Positions 49,276 through 59,265 of a DNA stretch of 64,000 nucleotides are shown here, piece by piece (the first letter of the stretch is position 1; every line of letters starts with the position of its first letter). Where the stretch lies: positions 8,125 to 72,124 of the forward strand of contig JBAQFI010000004.1 in NCBI GenBank assembly GCA_049287185.1, read 5' to 3'. The notes under the pieces are model-generated. The model had not been told where the DNA came from, did not search any database, and worked only from the letters and a program-made list of their open reading frames with translations. The position numbers were made by a program, and so were the translations under genes. This DNA is from Minisyncoccia bacterium (GTDB lineage: Bacteria > Patescibacteriota > Minisyncoccia > Phycocordibacterales > GWA1-40-21).

Positions 49276-50055
49276 ATGAGATTCATTAAAGAAAACCTAT
49301 GGTCTATAGTTGGTGCTTGTTTCTTACTTTTTTTGTTTCTAGCCGTGGAGTTTCGATGGTTAGAGGCTAGTTTACCTACAGGAGACAATATTTATGTTCC
49401 TTTCACTATTGGTTTTGCTGCCCTATTAGACAGTGTTAATCCCTGTGCTTTTTCTATCCTTTTTCTGACTATCGCTTTTCTTTTTAGCTTGGGACACAAC
49501 CATCGGTATATTTTAACAATTGGTTCAATTTACATATTGGGAATTTTTTCCACATATTTTCTGATTGGTCTAGGTGTTCTTAAAGCCTTGAGTTTTTTTA
49601 ATATTCCCAACGGCCTATCAAAAGTCGGGGCTATTTTTATAATTATTTTTGGTTTGATTGGTCTACTTGAGGTGCTAATTCCAAATTTTCCGATTAGTCT
49701 AAAAATACCAGCTTTTGCTCATAAAAAAATTGCTCCACTTATAAACGAAGGAACCAAAGTGGCAGCACTATTTCTTGGAATAGTGGTGGGTTTATTTGAA
49801 TTTCCTTGTACCGGTGGACCATATCTCTTTGTCTTGGGAATACTACAGGATCAAGACAAGTTATTATCTGGTCTCATTTATCTTTTCATTTATAATGTTA
49901 TTTTTGTATTACCACTAGTTATTATTTTGCTAATATCGAGTAATAATAAAATTGCTTCTGTTATTGACCGAGCCCGTCGAGCTGAGACTAAAAAAGCCCG
50001 TATTTGGCTATCTTTATCAATGATGGCCCTGGGTTTTGTAGTTTTGAATTTATAG
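49276..50055 (+). CDS. ccdA: CcdA/DsbD-family thiol-disulfide transporter
   Basis: 6 TM with Cys in TM1 (LDSVNPCAFSILF) and TM4 (FEFPCTGGPY), the CcdA pattern. Confidence 0.7.
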   Translation: MRFIKENLWSIVGACFLLFLFLAVEFRWLEASLPTGDNIYVPFTIGFAALLDSVNPCAFSILFLTIAFLFSLGHNHRYILTIGSIYILGIFSTYFLIGLGVLKALSFFNIPNGLSKVGAIFIIIFGLIGLLEVLIPNFPISLKIPAFAHKKIAPLINEGTKVAALFLGIVVGLFEFPCTGGPYLFVLGILQDQDKLLSGLIYLFIYNVIFVLPLVIILLISSNNKIASVIDRARRAETKKARIWLSLSMMALGFVVLNL

Positions 50056-50114
50056 TGTCATACGAGACTTTCCCGGTGGTAAATACCGCTTTTATAACAT
50101 ATAATTAAACCGTT

Positions 50115-50642
50115 ATGGAAAATACAAAAATAGATAAAACAAAATTTGAGGAGATTATTAAGAAAATTGAGGACTTGAAAAAAACTGGGGAAGTGGATAT
50201 TACTTCAGAGGAAGATTTGAGTTTAGCCGTTATGAATCTGATTGGAGTAGAAGAACATTTATATTTTACGGCTGAGAAAACCAAAAAACCTGTTTACTTT
50301 GAAATGCTTCATGAAGCTCGTGAGGAACGTAAAAAGTTAATGAAGAAGTTGTTGCCAAAAAATGAGGGAGAAAGCTGGTGTTTGTCCAAGCATCTCCTAT
50401 CTACCACAATGCGTATGATGGAAGTGGGAACTAAGCTTTTTACTGATGGTAAAAAAGATGAAGCAAAGGAGATGTTTGACGGCGCTTACAAAATCTATTC
50501 TATGTTTTGGGCCCTACGATTTGGAATTATGAAAGCTCATGAAATACAAGCCTGTGCTATTCCAGGAACAGAGACAGATGAAAATAAACCAATGACTATG
50601 GAAGACATTGTTAGTAAATTAGTCGATTGTTGTAAAGAATAA
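50115..50642 (+). CDS. hypothetical protein (175 aa)
   Basis: Helical, Cys pair near the C-terminus (DCCKE). No family. Confidence 0.35.
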   Translation: MENTKIDKTKFEEIIKKIEDLKKTGEVDITSEEDLSLAVMNLIGVEEHLYFTAEKTKKPVYFEMLHEAREERKKLMKKLLPKNEGESWCLSKHLLSTTMRMMEVGTKLFTDGKKDEAKEMFDGAYKIYSMFWALRFGIMKAHEIQACAIPGTETDENKPMTMEDIVSKLVDCCKE

Positions 50643-50653
50643 AACCAACATAT

Positions 50654-51043
50654 ATGGAAAACAGTAAAACTCAGAAAATGGTGATGACTATTGTTGGAAT
50701 TTTAGTGACAGTTTTTGTCTTTGGAGGAATCTATTGGACGATTAGTCATCAAGCTAAAACAACTACAGGAGAAGAGCTGAAGCCATTTGCCCAGTGTTTG
50801 TCTGACAAAGATTTTACTATGTATGGTGCCGAATGGTGTTCACATTGCAAGGATCAAAAAATATCTTTCGGATCAGCTTTTAGTTTAATTAATTATGTCG
50901 AGTGTCCTGATAATGAAGCACTCTGTACAGCTAATGGTGTGGTTGGTTTTCCAACTTGGCTAAGTAGCACCACGGGCGTTAAACTAGAAGGTTTCCAAAG
51001 TTTAACCAAACTCGCAGAGGTTAGTGGTTGCGTTCTACCATAA
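50654..51043 (+). CDS. membrane-anchored thioredoxin-fold protein (CxxC)
   Basis: N-terminal TM then FTMYGAEWCSHCKDQK (WCxxC). Sits adjacent to ccdA. Confidence 0.65.
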   Translation: MENSKTQKMVMTIVGILVTVFVFGGIYWTISHQAKTTTGEELKPFAQCLSDKDFTMYGAEWCSHCKDQKISFGSAFSLINYVECPDNEALCTANGVVGFPTWLSSTTGVKLEGFQSLTKLAEVSGCVLP

Positions 51044-51052
51044 GAAACTGAT

Positions 51053-51637
51053 ATGAAAAAAATAATTTTAATTATACTGACAGTTATTGTTTTAATTGGG
51101 ATGTTTTGTTCAATTTTTATATTTGATTTATTCAGAGATAGAAAAGTTTCTGTTGATTTCGAAGATTGTTTAAAGTCGGGTTTCCCAGTGATGGAATCTT
51201 ATCCTCGACAGTGTCGAGATGACGCCGGGCGAACTTTTATAGAAGAGATAGGTAATATTTTAATTAAGACAAATTTAATTAATCTAAGTAATCCCAATCC
51301 AAATAGTGAGAATATTTCACCACTTAAAATTACTGGCCAAGCTCGGGGTCTTTGGTTTTTTGAGGCCAGTTTTCCCATTAAAATCCAGGATTTAGAAGGC
51401 AAGACGATTGTATCAGGAGTGGCTACCGCCAAGGATGATTGGATGACAGATGATTTTGTTAATTTTGAGGCTGAATTAAAATTTAAGGTTTCTACTACTA
51501 CCAAGGCAGTTTTAATTCTTGAAAAGGATAACCCTTCCGGGTTAGAGGAGAATTCTGACTCATTATATTTGCCAATAGTTTTAATGCCAGAGCCAACAGT
51601 TGATAAAACATCAAAATTGGAGGTTGAGGATAATTAA
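51053..51637 (+). CDS. hypothetical secreted protein
   Basis: N-terminal signal anchor, beta-rich. Confidence 0.35.
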   Translation: MKKIILIILTVIVLIGMFCSIFIFDLFRDRKVSVDFEDCLKSGFPVMESYPRQCRDDAGRTFIEEIGNILIKTNLINLSNPNPNSENISPLKITGQARGLWFFEASFPIKIQDLEGKTIVSGVATAKDDWMTDDFVNFEAELKFKVSTTTKAVLILEKDNPSGLEENSDSLYLPIVLMPEPTVDKTSKLEVEDN

Positions 51638-51653
51638 TATATAATACATACAT

Positions 51654-51941
51654 ATGAAGACATTAATTCATGCTGATATATTCTTTTTTATTACTACTAT
51701 CATTGCTATTTTAATTGGGATTTTTATTATTGCCGTTCTTATTTATATTATAAGGATTTTACGTGATGTTAAAAAAGTTTCCAAGACTGTTCAAGAGGGG
51801 ACAGAAGTAATTGCCGAAGATTTAAAAAGCTTTCAAGGGGCACTTAGAGAGGAAGGTGGACAGTTGCGCAGTTTATTTAAATTCTTAACTAGTTTTTTTA
51901 CAAGAGCCACAAAACGGTCAAAAAAGACTAAAAAAGAGTAA
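51654..51941 (+). CDS. hypothetical small membrane protein
   Basis: One TM (FFITTIIAILIGIFIIAVLIYII), basic C-terminus. Confidence 0.35.
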   Translation: MKTLIHADIFFFITTIIAILIGIFIIAVLIYIIRILRDVKKVSKTVQEGTEVIAEDLKSFQGALREEGGQLRSLFKFLTSFFTRATKRSKKTKKE

Positions 51942-52025
51942 TTATTATTAGCTAATCAACCCGTAAAAATTTTGACTGAAAAATCTCCGATTTTTAACTA
52001 GTCAAAACTTTACCGGGTAAATATT

Positions 52026-52370
52026 ATGGCAAAAAAAGTAAAAAGTCATGTTGGTGGAAAAGTCGCTTTAGGTTTAGCGGTTCTCGCTGCTGGAGCCGCA
52101 GGTGCCTATTTCCTTTATGGAACCAAAGAAGGGGCCAAGATGAAGAAACAAATTAAAGGCTGGACCGTTAAAATGAAAGGTGAAATTCTTCACAAGATGG
52201 AGAGTATGAAAGACGTCAGTGAGGTAAATTATCACAAACTTATTGATGAGGCTCAAAAGAAATATCGTGGAGTAAAAAGTATTGATCCAAGAGAATTAGA
52301 TAAATTAGTCGCTGAATTAAAGAGTCACTGGAAGAATATCAAGAAGGAGTTTGAAGCAGGACAAAGATAG
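52026..52370 (+). CDS. hypothetical membrane-anchored protein
   Basis: N-terminal TM GGKVALGLAVLAAGAAGAYFLY. Terminator downstream. Confidence 0.4.
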   Translation: MAKKVKSHVGGKVALGLAVLAAGAAGAYFLYGTKEGAKMKKQIKGWTVKMKGEILHKMESMKDVSEVNYHKLIDEAQKKYRGVKSIDPRELDKLVAELKSHWKNIKKEFEAGQR

Positions 52371-52410
52371 TATGTAGTATAAAGTATTTAGTATATAGTA
52401 TAGAAAAGAT

Positions 52411-52454
52411 AAATTCCCAGTTTCGTTTTACGAAACTGGGAATTTATATTTTTT
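52411..52454 (+). terminator. rho-independent terminator
   Basis: aaattcccagtttcg-tttta-cgaaactgggaattt + T-run. Confidence 0.75.
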
Positions 52455-52473
52455 AGATTTTAAACTTTGAGTT

Positions 52474-53259
52474 TTGGTTTTATTTTTGTATACTTGCTTA
52501 ATGAATGAAAAACGCACGTCATGGAATAAAGTAGCTACTTGGTATGACACTTTATTGTCTTTGGATGATACCTATCAAAAGGAGGTAATTTTGCCGAATT
52601 TACTGAGAATATTAGATCCCAAACCCGGAGTTAAGATTATTGATATCGCTTGTGGACAGGGCTATTTTGCCAAGAATTTCGCTAATTTGGGTGCAGAAAT
52701 AGTCGGTGTGGACATTTCCTCTAATTTGATTAAATTTGCCCAAAAGGATGCTAATAAGAATGAAAAATATTATGTGTCTTCAGCCGATAAATTAAGCAAG
52801 GAAATTCCAAGTAATTACTTTGATAAAGCAGTAATTGTCCTGGCCTTGCAGAATATTGAAAACATTGCCGGCGCTTTGGCAGAAGCAAGCAGAGTTCTGA
52901 AAACGGGCGGAAATCTATGTTTAGTTTTAAACCATCCGGCCTTTAGAATTCCTAAACAGAGTAGTTGGGGTTATGATGAAGTTGCTCAAGTCCAATATCG
53001 TCGAGTTGATGCCTATTTGTCAGAAGCAAAAATTGAAATCGAAATGCACCCAGGGCAAGAGAAAAGTGAAAGCACGATTTCTTTTCATCGACCACTTCAA
53101 TTATATTTTAAAAATCTAGCCAAAAATAAATTTGTCATTACTCGTCTGGAAGAGTGGACATCACACAAGAAAAGTACGAAGGGACCGCGGCAAAAAGCGG
53201 AGGATAAATCTCGTCATGAAATCCCTTTATTTATGATGATTGAGGCTAAGAAAGAATAA
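52474..53259 (+). CDS. class I SAM-dependent methyltransferase
   Basis: Motif I IIDIACGQGYFAKNFANLGAEIVGVDIS, post-I acidic, motif II region. Confidence 0.7.
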   Translation: MVLFLYTCLMNEKRTSWNKVATWYDTLLSLDDTYQKEVILPNLLRILDPKPGVKIIDIACGQGYFAKNFANLGAEIVGVDISSNLIKFAQKDANKNEKYYVSSADKLSKEIPSNYFDKAVIVLALQNIENIAGALAEASRVLKTGGNLCLVLNHPAFRIPKQSSWGYDEVAQVQYRRVDAYLSEAKIEIEMHPGQEKSESTISFHRPLQLYFKNLAKNKFVITRLEEWTSHKKSTKGPRQKAEDKSRHEIPLFMMIEAKKE

Positions 53260-53273
53260 ATCATCATATTGTA

Positions 53274-53317
53274 CACCTCCCCAAATAAGCCATGGCTTAT
53301 TTGGGGAGGTTTTGTTT
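53274..53317. terminator. bidirectional terminator
   Basis: cctccccaaataagcc-atgg-cttatttggggagg, 15-bp perfect stem between convergent genes. Confidence 0.75.
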
Positions 53318-53335
53318 AAGGCTATTAAAAATTTT

Positions 53336-54505
53336 CTACTTCGTATCCTTAAGAGTAATGGCAAATCTTAGACCGTATAACATTATAAGACCCAGAACAA
53401 AAAACATAATTCGTAAATCGAAAAATAGCAGGAAAGCAGTGGCTGTGAGTGGTGCAATAACGCTAGCGAGCGGTGCAATAGAACGGTAAGCACTGATTAA
53501 ATTGGCATTATCCCCATTAACCTTTTTAAAGAAGTAAGTTTCGGTCATCATTTCAATTGTGGCGGCACCAATACGAGTGGTGAAAAGAATAACGGCCAGA
53601 ATTATCATGCTTGTTGTGTTTAGAAAAGTCAGCGAAGCAGTACTCAGTGCAATTATTACTAGTCCGGCAATCAGCATCTCTTTTTCACCAAGCTTTTTAT
53701 CCGCTAAGCGTCCTAATGGGTAATCTAAAATAACAAAAGGAATTAACATAAAGATAAGGACAATACTAATTTGCCCCCAAGACAAGTGTATATAATTATG
53801 AAGATAAATCGGAGTATAAATAACCATCCAGGTATAAAAGAAGCGAAGCAGAAAGTTAATTATATATATTCTTCTTAAGTTGAGATTATTCCAGATTTGT
53901 TTTCCAGCTAAAAAGAGGGAAGGCTCAGTATATTTAGGATCAGAAAAATCACTAAATTTAAAATAAATAATTAAAATAATCGGAATCAAAGGTATCGCTG
54001 AAATTAAAAATATTTTCCAGTACTCATTATTTGTTAGCAGAAAGGCGGAAACCAGTGGTGACAGTACCCAGGCCATGTTAATACTAGTTAAATAAAAACC
54101 ACGGATTTGCCCAGTCGCTTGATTGGCCGAATATTTTTCCAAAAAAATATCAATACTGAAGGATAATAAGCTTATGCTTATTTGATTAATAATAAAGAAC
54201 ATTATTAGCATAACTGGATCTTTGCTAAGTACTATGCCAATTAGTGACAAGAAGGCAATGATGGAAAGAGTTAGGGTGGTTCGATAATTTCCAAAGCGTC
54301 GTAAAAAAGTTGGAATGACAAAAAAGGCAATCAAAGTAATTAGCGCTGAAAATGAATATATTAGACCAACGGCTTGTTCGCTAGAGAGATAAGAGAGAAA
54401 AGTTGAAGTAACATAGGCGGGAATAGCCACCTGTAAGGAAAAGAGAAAACCCAATATATAAACGGTATAGAGATTATTGGATAGGATATTGATAACGCGT
54501 TTCAT
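53336..54505 (-). CDS. MFS transporter
   Basis: 12 predicted TM; MFS-like loop motif LGRLADKKLGEKEM between TM2 and TM3. Confidence 0.6.
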   Translation of the reverse strand: MKRVINILSNNLYTVYILGFLFSLQVAIPAYVTSTFLSYLSSEQAVGLIYSFSALITLIAFFVIPTFLRRFGNYRTTLTLSIIAFLSLIGIVLSKDPVMLIMFFIINQISISLLSFSIDIFLEKYSANQATGQIRGFYLTSINMAWVLSPLVSAFLLTNNEYWKIFLISAIPLIPIILIIYFKFSDFSDPKYTEPSLFLAGKQIWNNLNLRRIYIINFLLRFFYTWMVIYTPIYLHNYIHLSWGQISIVLIFMLIPFVILDYPLGRLADKKLGEKEMLIAGLVIIALSTASLTFLNTTSMIILAVILFTTRIGAATIEMMTETYFFKKVNGDNANLISAYRSIAPLASVIAPLTATAFLLFFDLRIMFFVLGLIMLYGLRFAITLKDTK

Positions 54506-54648
54506 GGTTTGTTAAATAATGTAAAATGTAAAAATCAAAATGTAAAATGACAATTTAAAATAAAAAAATATAAGAAATAGAAGAAAAGAAATAATTTAGT
54601 CTTAATCCCATAATTTTGATATTTGATTTTTGCATTTTGATATACTTG

Positions 54649-56757
54649 CTATACCCCGATTAGAACTGGAATTACCATTGGGCGCTTGTTAGTCTTTTGG
54701 TAGAGGAATTTACTCACATTGTCTGTTAGATTATTTTTAACATAATCAAAGTTAATCGGATTCATACCGTGTGTGCTTTCTTCTATGGTCTTTTTAATAA
54801 TGTTTCGAGTTTCTTGCAGGAGTTCTTGTGATTCACGTAAATAGACAAAACCACGAGAGATAATGTCCGGAGATTTACGAATCTTACCAGTGCTTGGGTT
54901 AATACTAGCAATAATCACGAACATGCCGTCTTGAGCGAGCATCTGGCGGTCTCGAATAACTACCTCTTGAATATTTCCAACAGAAAAACCATCCACCAAA
55001 ACCAAGCCTGATGGAGCCTTTTCTTTTAATTTAACAATTTTCTCACCCTGATCCTGAATTTCAATTACCGTACCGTTGTCGGGAATAATAATATTTTTTT
55101 CAGGCATACCTAGTCCAAGCGCAATGTCAGTGTGAACGCGTAGTGAATGGTGATAGCCGTGAATTGGGATAAAATATTTTGGATTAATTTTCTTATGAAC
55201 CCAAATAATTTCATCGCGATTAGCGTGTCCTGACGAGTGAACGGCCTCCATTTTGTAGTGGATGATTCTGGTACCATGACGGGAAATATTGTCTTTCAAT
55301 TTTTGTACCGCCATTTCGTTACCTGGCACGACTGAAGAGGAAAGAACAATAGTATCTCTCTTGGTTAGTTTAATATACTTGTGGCTCTTGGTAGACATTC
55401 TCATTAGGGCGGCAAATTCATCACCTTGAGCCCCTGTTGCTACCACCACTATCTTGTCTGGTGGATAACTTTCGATATTATCAACTGGAATAATGGTGCC
55501 CGGTTTAGCTTTGAGAACACCCATCTTCTTAACAATCTCAATATTGTTTTTCATACTGCGGCCTTCAATCACAACTTTCTTGCCATATTTTTCAGCAATT
55601 TCAATTATTTTAATTATACGCTCCAAAAGGGAAGAGAAAGTACCAACAATCAGTCGTCCTTGAGCCTCACGAATAATTTTTTCGAGATTTTCAGCTACCA
55701 CTCTTTCGGGTAGAGTAAATCCGGGATTTTCGACGTTGGTAGATTCAGCCAAGAGCAACAAAGTTTTTTCCTTTGTGAAACGAGAAAATTCTGCTTCTTC
55801 TTTCTCTGTCGGCTTGCCGTTTTCAGTATCAACCTTAAGGTCACCGGTGTAGATAATATTTCCATAAGGAGTTTTAATAATGAGGCCCATGGCATCGGGG
55901 ATAGTGTGGGTGACTTTAAAAAAGCTGACAGATATACTTCCAAAAGTCACAATACTTTCCTCATCAACCACTTTGTAATTGATGTCTGCTAAATGAGGAA
56001 ACTCTTCCTGACGTTTCTTGAGCATCAAACTGGTAAGCTCTCGAGTATAAATTGGTGGATTACCTATGAGGTCCATAATATATGGTACAGCCCCGATATG
56101 GTCTAAGTGACCATGAGTAATAAACAAACCACGAACCCGACCCTTATTATTTTCGAGATACTTAGTATTAGGCAAAATATAATCGATACCTGGAGTTTCA
56201 TCTTCTTGAAATTGAAAACCGGCATCAATAACAATAATATCCTGACCAATTTCAATCATCGTCATGTTCTTACCAATCTCCTCAACTCCTCCGAGTGGAA
56301 TAATACGGATATTTCCAGGTGCCAAAGGTGGTATTTGTTCTTCTCTTTTACCATGAGGAGCACTCGATTCGGATAAATTAAAAGTTGTCGGGTCCTTAAA
56401 AGCGCTCAAAGCGTCATTGTGAGAGTTCCTGTTTATTCTTTCAGATTGTGGACGAGAATGATGTTGGTTTGGTTGGTAAGGTTTTTTATTAAATGAGGAA
56501 CCTGGAAAGCCACCAGTATTGGTTCTTGGTCTATTATAATTGCTAAATCTTTTGTGGTCAGTCTGGGGCTGTCCAGGATGAAGATGTTTAGCTGGGGTAG
56601 TGTGACTCGGCACATATGGACCAGTATTTCTAGTTTGAGGGTGAGCGGGATGAGAATGCATTGGTAAAGTAGCACCTGGTGTTTTAGGACGTAAACTAGC
56701 AAAGATGCTAGAGCTATTATTCGTACGGCTTGGAGTTCTTTTTGTATATCTATTCAT
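54649..56757 (-). CDS. rnj: ribonuclease J with ~150-aa basic low-complexity N-terminal extension
   Basis: Metallo-beta-lactamase HxHxDH (LFITHGHLDHIGAVPYI), beta-CASP and RNase J C-terminal domain. The N-terminal 150 aa are rich in P/H/N/R/K/S (RTPSRTNNSSS...HPAHPQTRNTGPYVPSHTTP...NQHHSRPQSERINRNSHND). Confidence 0.8.
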   Translation of the reverse strand: MNRYTKRTPSRTNNSSSIFASLRPKTPGATLPMHSHPAHPQTRNTGPYVPSHTTPAKHLHPGQPQTDHKRFSNYNRPRTNTGGFPGSSFNKKPYQPNQHHSRPQSERINRNSHNDALSAFKDPTTFNLSESSAPHGKREEQIPPLAPGNIRIIPLGGVEEIGKNMTMIEIGQDIIVIDAGFQFQEDETPGIDYILPNTKYLENNKGRVRGLFITHGHLDHIGAVPYIMDLIGNPPIYTRELTSLMLKKRQEEFPHLADINYKVVDEESIVTFGSISVSFFKVTHTIPDAMGLIIKTPYGNIIYTGDLKVDTENGKPTEKEEAEFSRFTKEKTLLLLAESTNVENPGFTLPERVVAENLEKIIREAQGRLIVGTFSSLLERIIKIIEIAEKYGKKVVIEGRSMKNNIEIVKKMGVLKAKPGTIIPVDNIESYPPDKIVVVATGAQGDEFAALMRMSTKSHKYIKLTKRDTIVLSSSVVPGNEMAVQKLKDNISRHGTRIIHYKMEAVHSSGHANRDEIIWVHKKINPKYFIPIHGYHHSLRVHTDIALGLGMPEKNIIIPDNGTVIEIQDQGEKIVKLKEKAPSGLVLVDGFSVGNIQEVVIRDRQMLAQDGMFVIIASINPSTGKIRKSPDIISRGFVYLRESQELLQETRNIIKKTIEESTHGMNPINFDYVKNNLTDNVSKFLYQKTNKRPMVIPVLIGV

Positions 56758-56777
56758 TATTGTTTATCCGATTAAAT

Positions 56778-56911
56778 CGACAATCCTGATTGTCGTCCCC
56801 GCGTAGGCAGGGCTCCAGTCAGTTTGTCTTCTTTTTTTCGGGTTGATTATCTATTAATATTTTTTAAGATTGGATCGTCTCCTGTGCGGGGACGATAATT
56901 AGAATTGTCGA
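56778..56911. repeat. pair of REP-like two-hairpin modules in opposite order flanking a 63-bp AT-rich spacer
   Basis: 56778-56813 cgacaat-cctg-attgtcg + tccccgcgtaggcaggg. 56877-56911 cgtctcc-tgtgc-ggggacg + ataatt-ag-aattgtcg. Same module as 6270-6305. The second copy abuts the stop codon of the SBP gene. Confidence 0.6.
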
Positions 56912-58666
56912 TTATTTTATTAAAATTTTCCAAACATTTTCAGTTTCCACATACCACTTACTAACATCAAGAAAGCGTTCAGAAGGAGTCGTCATCGTAG
57001 TCATATAAAAGTTTTTTAATTTTGTCGGAGTAACATATAAATATTTATGTGAGTAAGCAAAGATGGCCGGCAGATCTTTTTTGATTTCTTTTTCGAACTG
57101 CAAATATTTCTCGGCTTTTTTGGCTTTGTCGTCTAGTTTTCGAGAATCCTCCAAAATTTTATCTACATTTTTATTAGCAAATCCTGAAAGATTTAAACCT
57201 GATCCTGTGCGCTGTGAGGAATGCCAATAACCATAAAAATCTAAATCCCTACCGATAACTTCACCCAAAAGTAAAACATCATATTTTCTGGTGCGAATAA
57301 TGTTTTGGTTTAAATCGCCAATTTCAAAGAATTTTAAATCAACGCTAGCTCCCAGTGCCTCCCAGTTCTCCTTGGCAATATTTGCAGTAACGCGTAATTC
57401 TGGAGTATCAAGAGTCGTGATAGTAAAACTGAATTGTGTAGTTTGCTTACCGACTTTTTTTTCTAAAATTCCGCCCTTATTTAGTTTCCAACCAGCGGTT
57501 GATAATTTTTTTATAATCTCAGTACTAGACGCAGTAGCTACATTTCCTCCACCATTATAAAAGTTCAAGGGTAATAGGGCATTTGGAATAGGACTTTCCA
57601 AAACATCACCATATCCGGCTAGAGCCTCGGTAACTATTCGGCTACGGTCAAGGGAGTCATTCAAAGCCGTGCGTATTTCCGGACTAGTAAATAATTGATT
57701 CTGACTTTGGTTTAGGAAAAAACCATAGATGTGGGTTAGAGGCACTCCCTTAATCTCAAGTTTTTTATCTTTACTTAAAATATTTAAATTATCTGGTGAT
57801 AATCCGCCGGCACTCTCAATCAGGCCAGATTTTATTTCCTCAAAAAGTTTTGCCTCACTAGGATAAAAATGAACATAGAAATTCTTTATATAAGCTTCAC
57901 CCTGAGTGTAATTGTCAAAAGGAACCAAAGCATAATAAGAAATTATACCAGAAGCGTCACGAGTTAGACTTCCAATTTTATATGGTCCAGAACCAACCGG
58001 TTCAGTATTGTAAATACTAAAAGGAAAATTCTCTGCATTCAGATCTTTCCATAGATGTTTTGGTAAAATACCTATGGTTAGATTACTTAAAAATGGGGGA
58101 TATGGTTGAGGTAAGATGAATTCAATCTGTCTATCGTCAACAATATTTACTTTAATATTTTTCCAATTGGCCATTTTAGGACTCTTAATAGTTGGGTCCA
58201 AGACTTTATCAATCGTAAATTTAAGGTCATCAGTAGTTATTTTTACTCCATCATGAAAAATTAAATCTGGTTTTAAAGTAAAAGTATAAGTTAAACCGTC
58301 ATCAGAAACAGTATAATTTTCTGCCAAATCATTTATTAGGTCACCATCAGCGGTATATTTAAGTAATCCAGAGTAAATAAGAGTAGTCATGTCACGGTCG
58401 GCATCAGAGATGGCAATAATCGGATTAATGTAGCGTGGTGTACCAACAATACCTTCATGTAGTGAACCACTATAATTTGGTACTTCAACCATCAAAGCTT
58501 CATTAGCACTTTTTAATATATTTAAACCAGAAAAAACAAAAATAAAAATTAAACTATAAAAAATAATTTTTTCGGTTAAGTGCAAATGTTTAAAAACCTC
58601 AGAGATTTCTTCTAGTTTTTTGATTGTCCATCTTTTTTTAAAAGCTTGCGAGACTATTTCTTTCAC
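56912..58666 (-). CDS. ABC transporter substrate-binding protein, family 5 (peptide/oligopeptide type)
   Basis: N-terminal signal anchor, ~550-aa SBP_bac_5-like architecture. Confidence 0.5.
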   Translation of the reverse strand: MKEIVSQAFKKRWTIKKLEEISEVFKHLHLTEKIIFYSLIFIFVFSGLNILKSANEALMVEVPNYSGSLHEGIVGTPRYINPIIAISDADRDMTTLIYSGLLKYTADGDLINDLAENYTVSDDGLTYTFTLKPDLIFHDGVKITTDDLKFTIDKVLDPTIKSPKMANWKNIKVNIVDDRQIEFILPQPYPPFLSNLTIGILPKHLWKDLNAENFPFSIYNTEPVGSGPYKIGSLTRDASGIISYYALVPFDNYTQGEAYIKNFYVHFYPSEAKLFEEIKSGLIESAGGLSPDNLNILSKDKKLEIKGVPLTHIYGFFLNQSQNQLFTSPEIRTALNDSLDRSRIVTEALAGYGDVLESPIPNALLPLNFYNGGGNVATASSTEIIKKLSTAGWKLNKGGILEKKVGKQTTQFSFTITTLDTPELRVTANIAKENWEALGASVDLKFFEIGDLNQNIIRTRKYDVLLLGEVIGRDLDFYGYWHSSQRTGSGLNLSGFANKNVDKILEDSRKLDDKAKKAEKYLQFEKEIKKDLPAIFAYSHKYLYVTPTKLKNFYMTTMTTPSERFLDVSKWYVETENVWKILIK

Positions 58667-58753
58667 GTTTTTAATTTAGGAGAACTTATAATAGACAGAA
58701 AAGTAGGTAAGAGTAATTAATACTATATATAATATTTAGCCTCGAAGTGCGGA

Positions 58754-58993
58754 CTATCTTATTGCCAAAGCAATTAAAGAGGAAGCAGCAAATAATATGG
58801 TAATAACTAGACCACCAATAAACAAAACTTTTTCAAAACCACGACGAGTATGAAAAGATGAGCTAAAGTTGTCAGAACCACCAAAAACACCACCAGCGCC
58901 GGCTTCTGAACGTTGAATTAATATTACTATAATCAATAAAACTGATAGGCCTATCTGAATATAAGGTAAAATTGCGATTATTGTTTCTTTCAT
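58754..58993 (-). CDS. secG: preprotein translocase subunit SecG
   Basis: 79 aa, two TM, Gly-rich loop LIQRSEAGAGGVFGGSDNFSS typical of SecG. Confidence 0.7.
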   Translation of the reverse strand: MKETIIAILPYIQIGLSVLLIIVILIQRSEAGAGGVFGGSDNFSSSFHTRRGFEKVLFIGGLVITILFAASSLIALAIR

Positions 58994-59227
58994 TGTTTGA
59001 CCATTGTAGCAGATTTGTAATTTTTGAGCAACCCGGTTGTGAGTTTTGGCATCGTTTTTTAAAATTGCACTTTAAAATGTATTTTATTTCAACATCACAA
59101 CGAAGCCTAGCCCCTTCTTTTGATAAATTAATTCAAACAAAAAACCAATTTTAATGCCAAATTCTACAACGGGGCAACCCGGATAGTGGATTTAGTTGTT
59201 AAAATGGAAAGTAAATATAATTAAAAA

Positions 59228-59251
59228 GGCCCCGCTTTACTAAGCGGGGCC
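59228..59251. terminator. terminator hairpin
   Basis: ggccccgc-tttactaa-gcggggcc immediately downstream of the minus-strand gene 59266-59751. Confidence 0.65.
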
Positions 59252-59265
59252 TCGAATCCTTCCTT

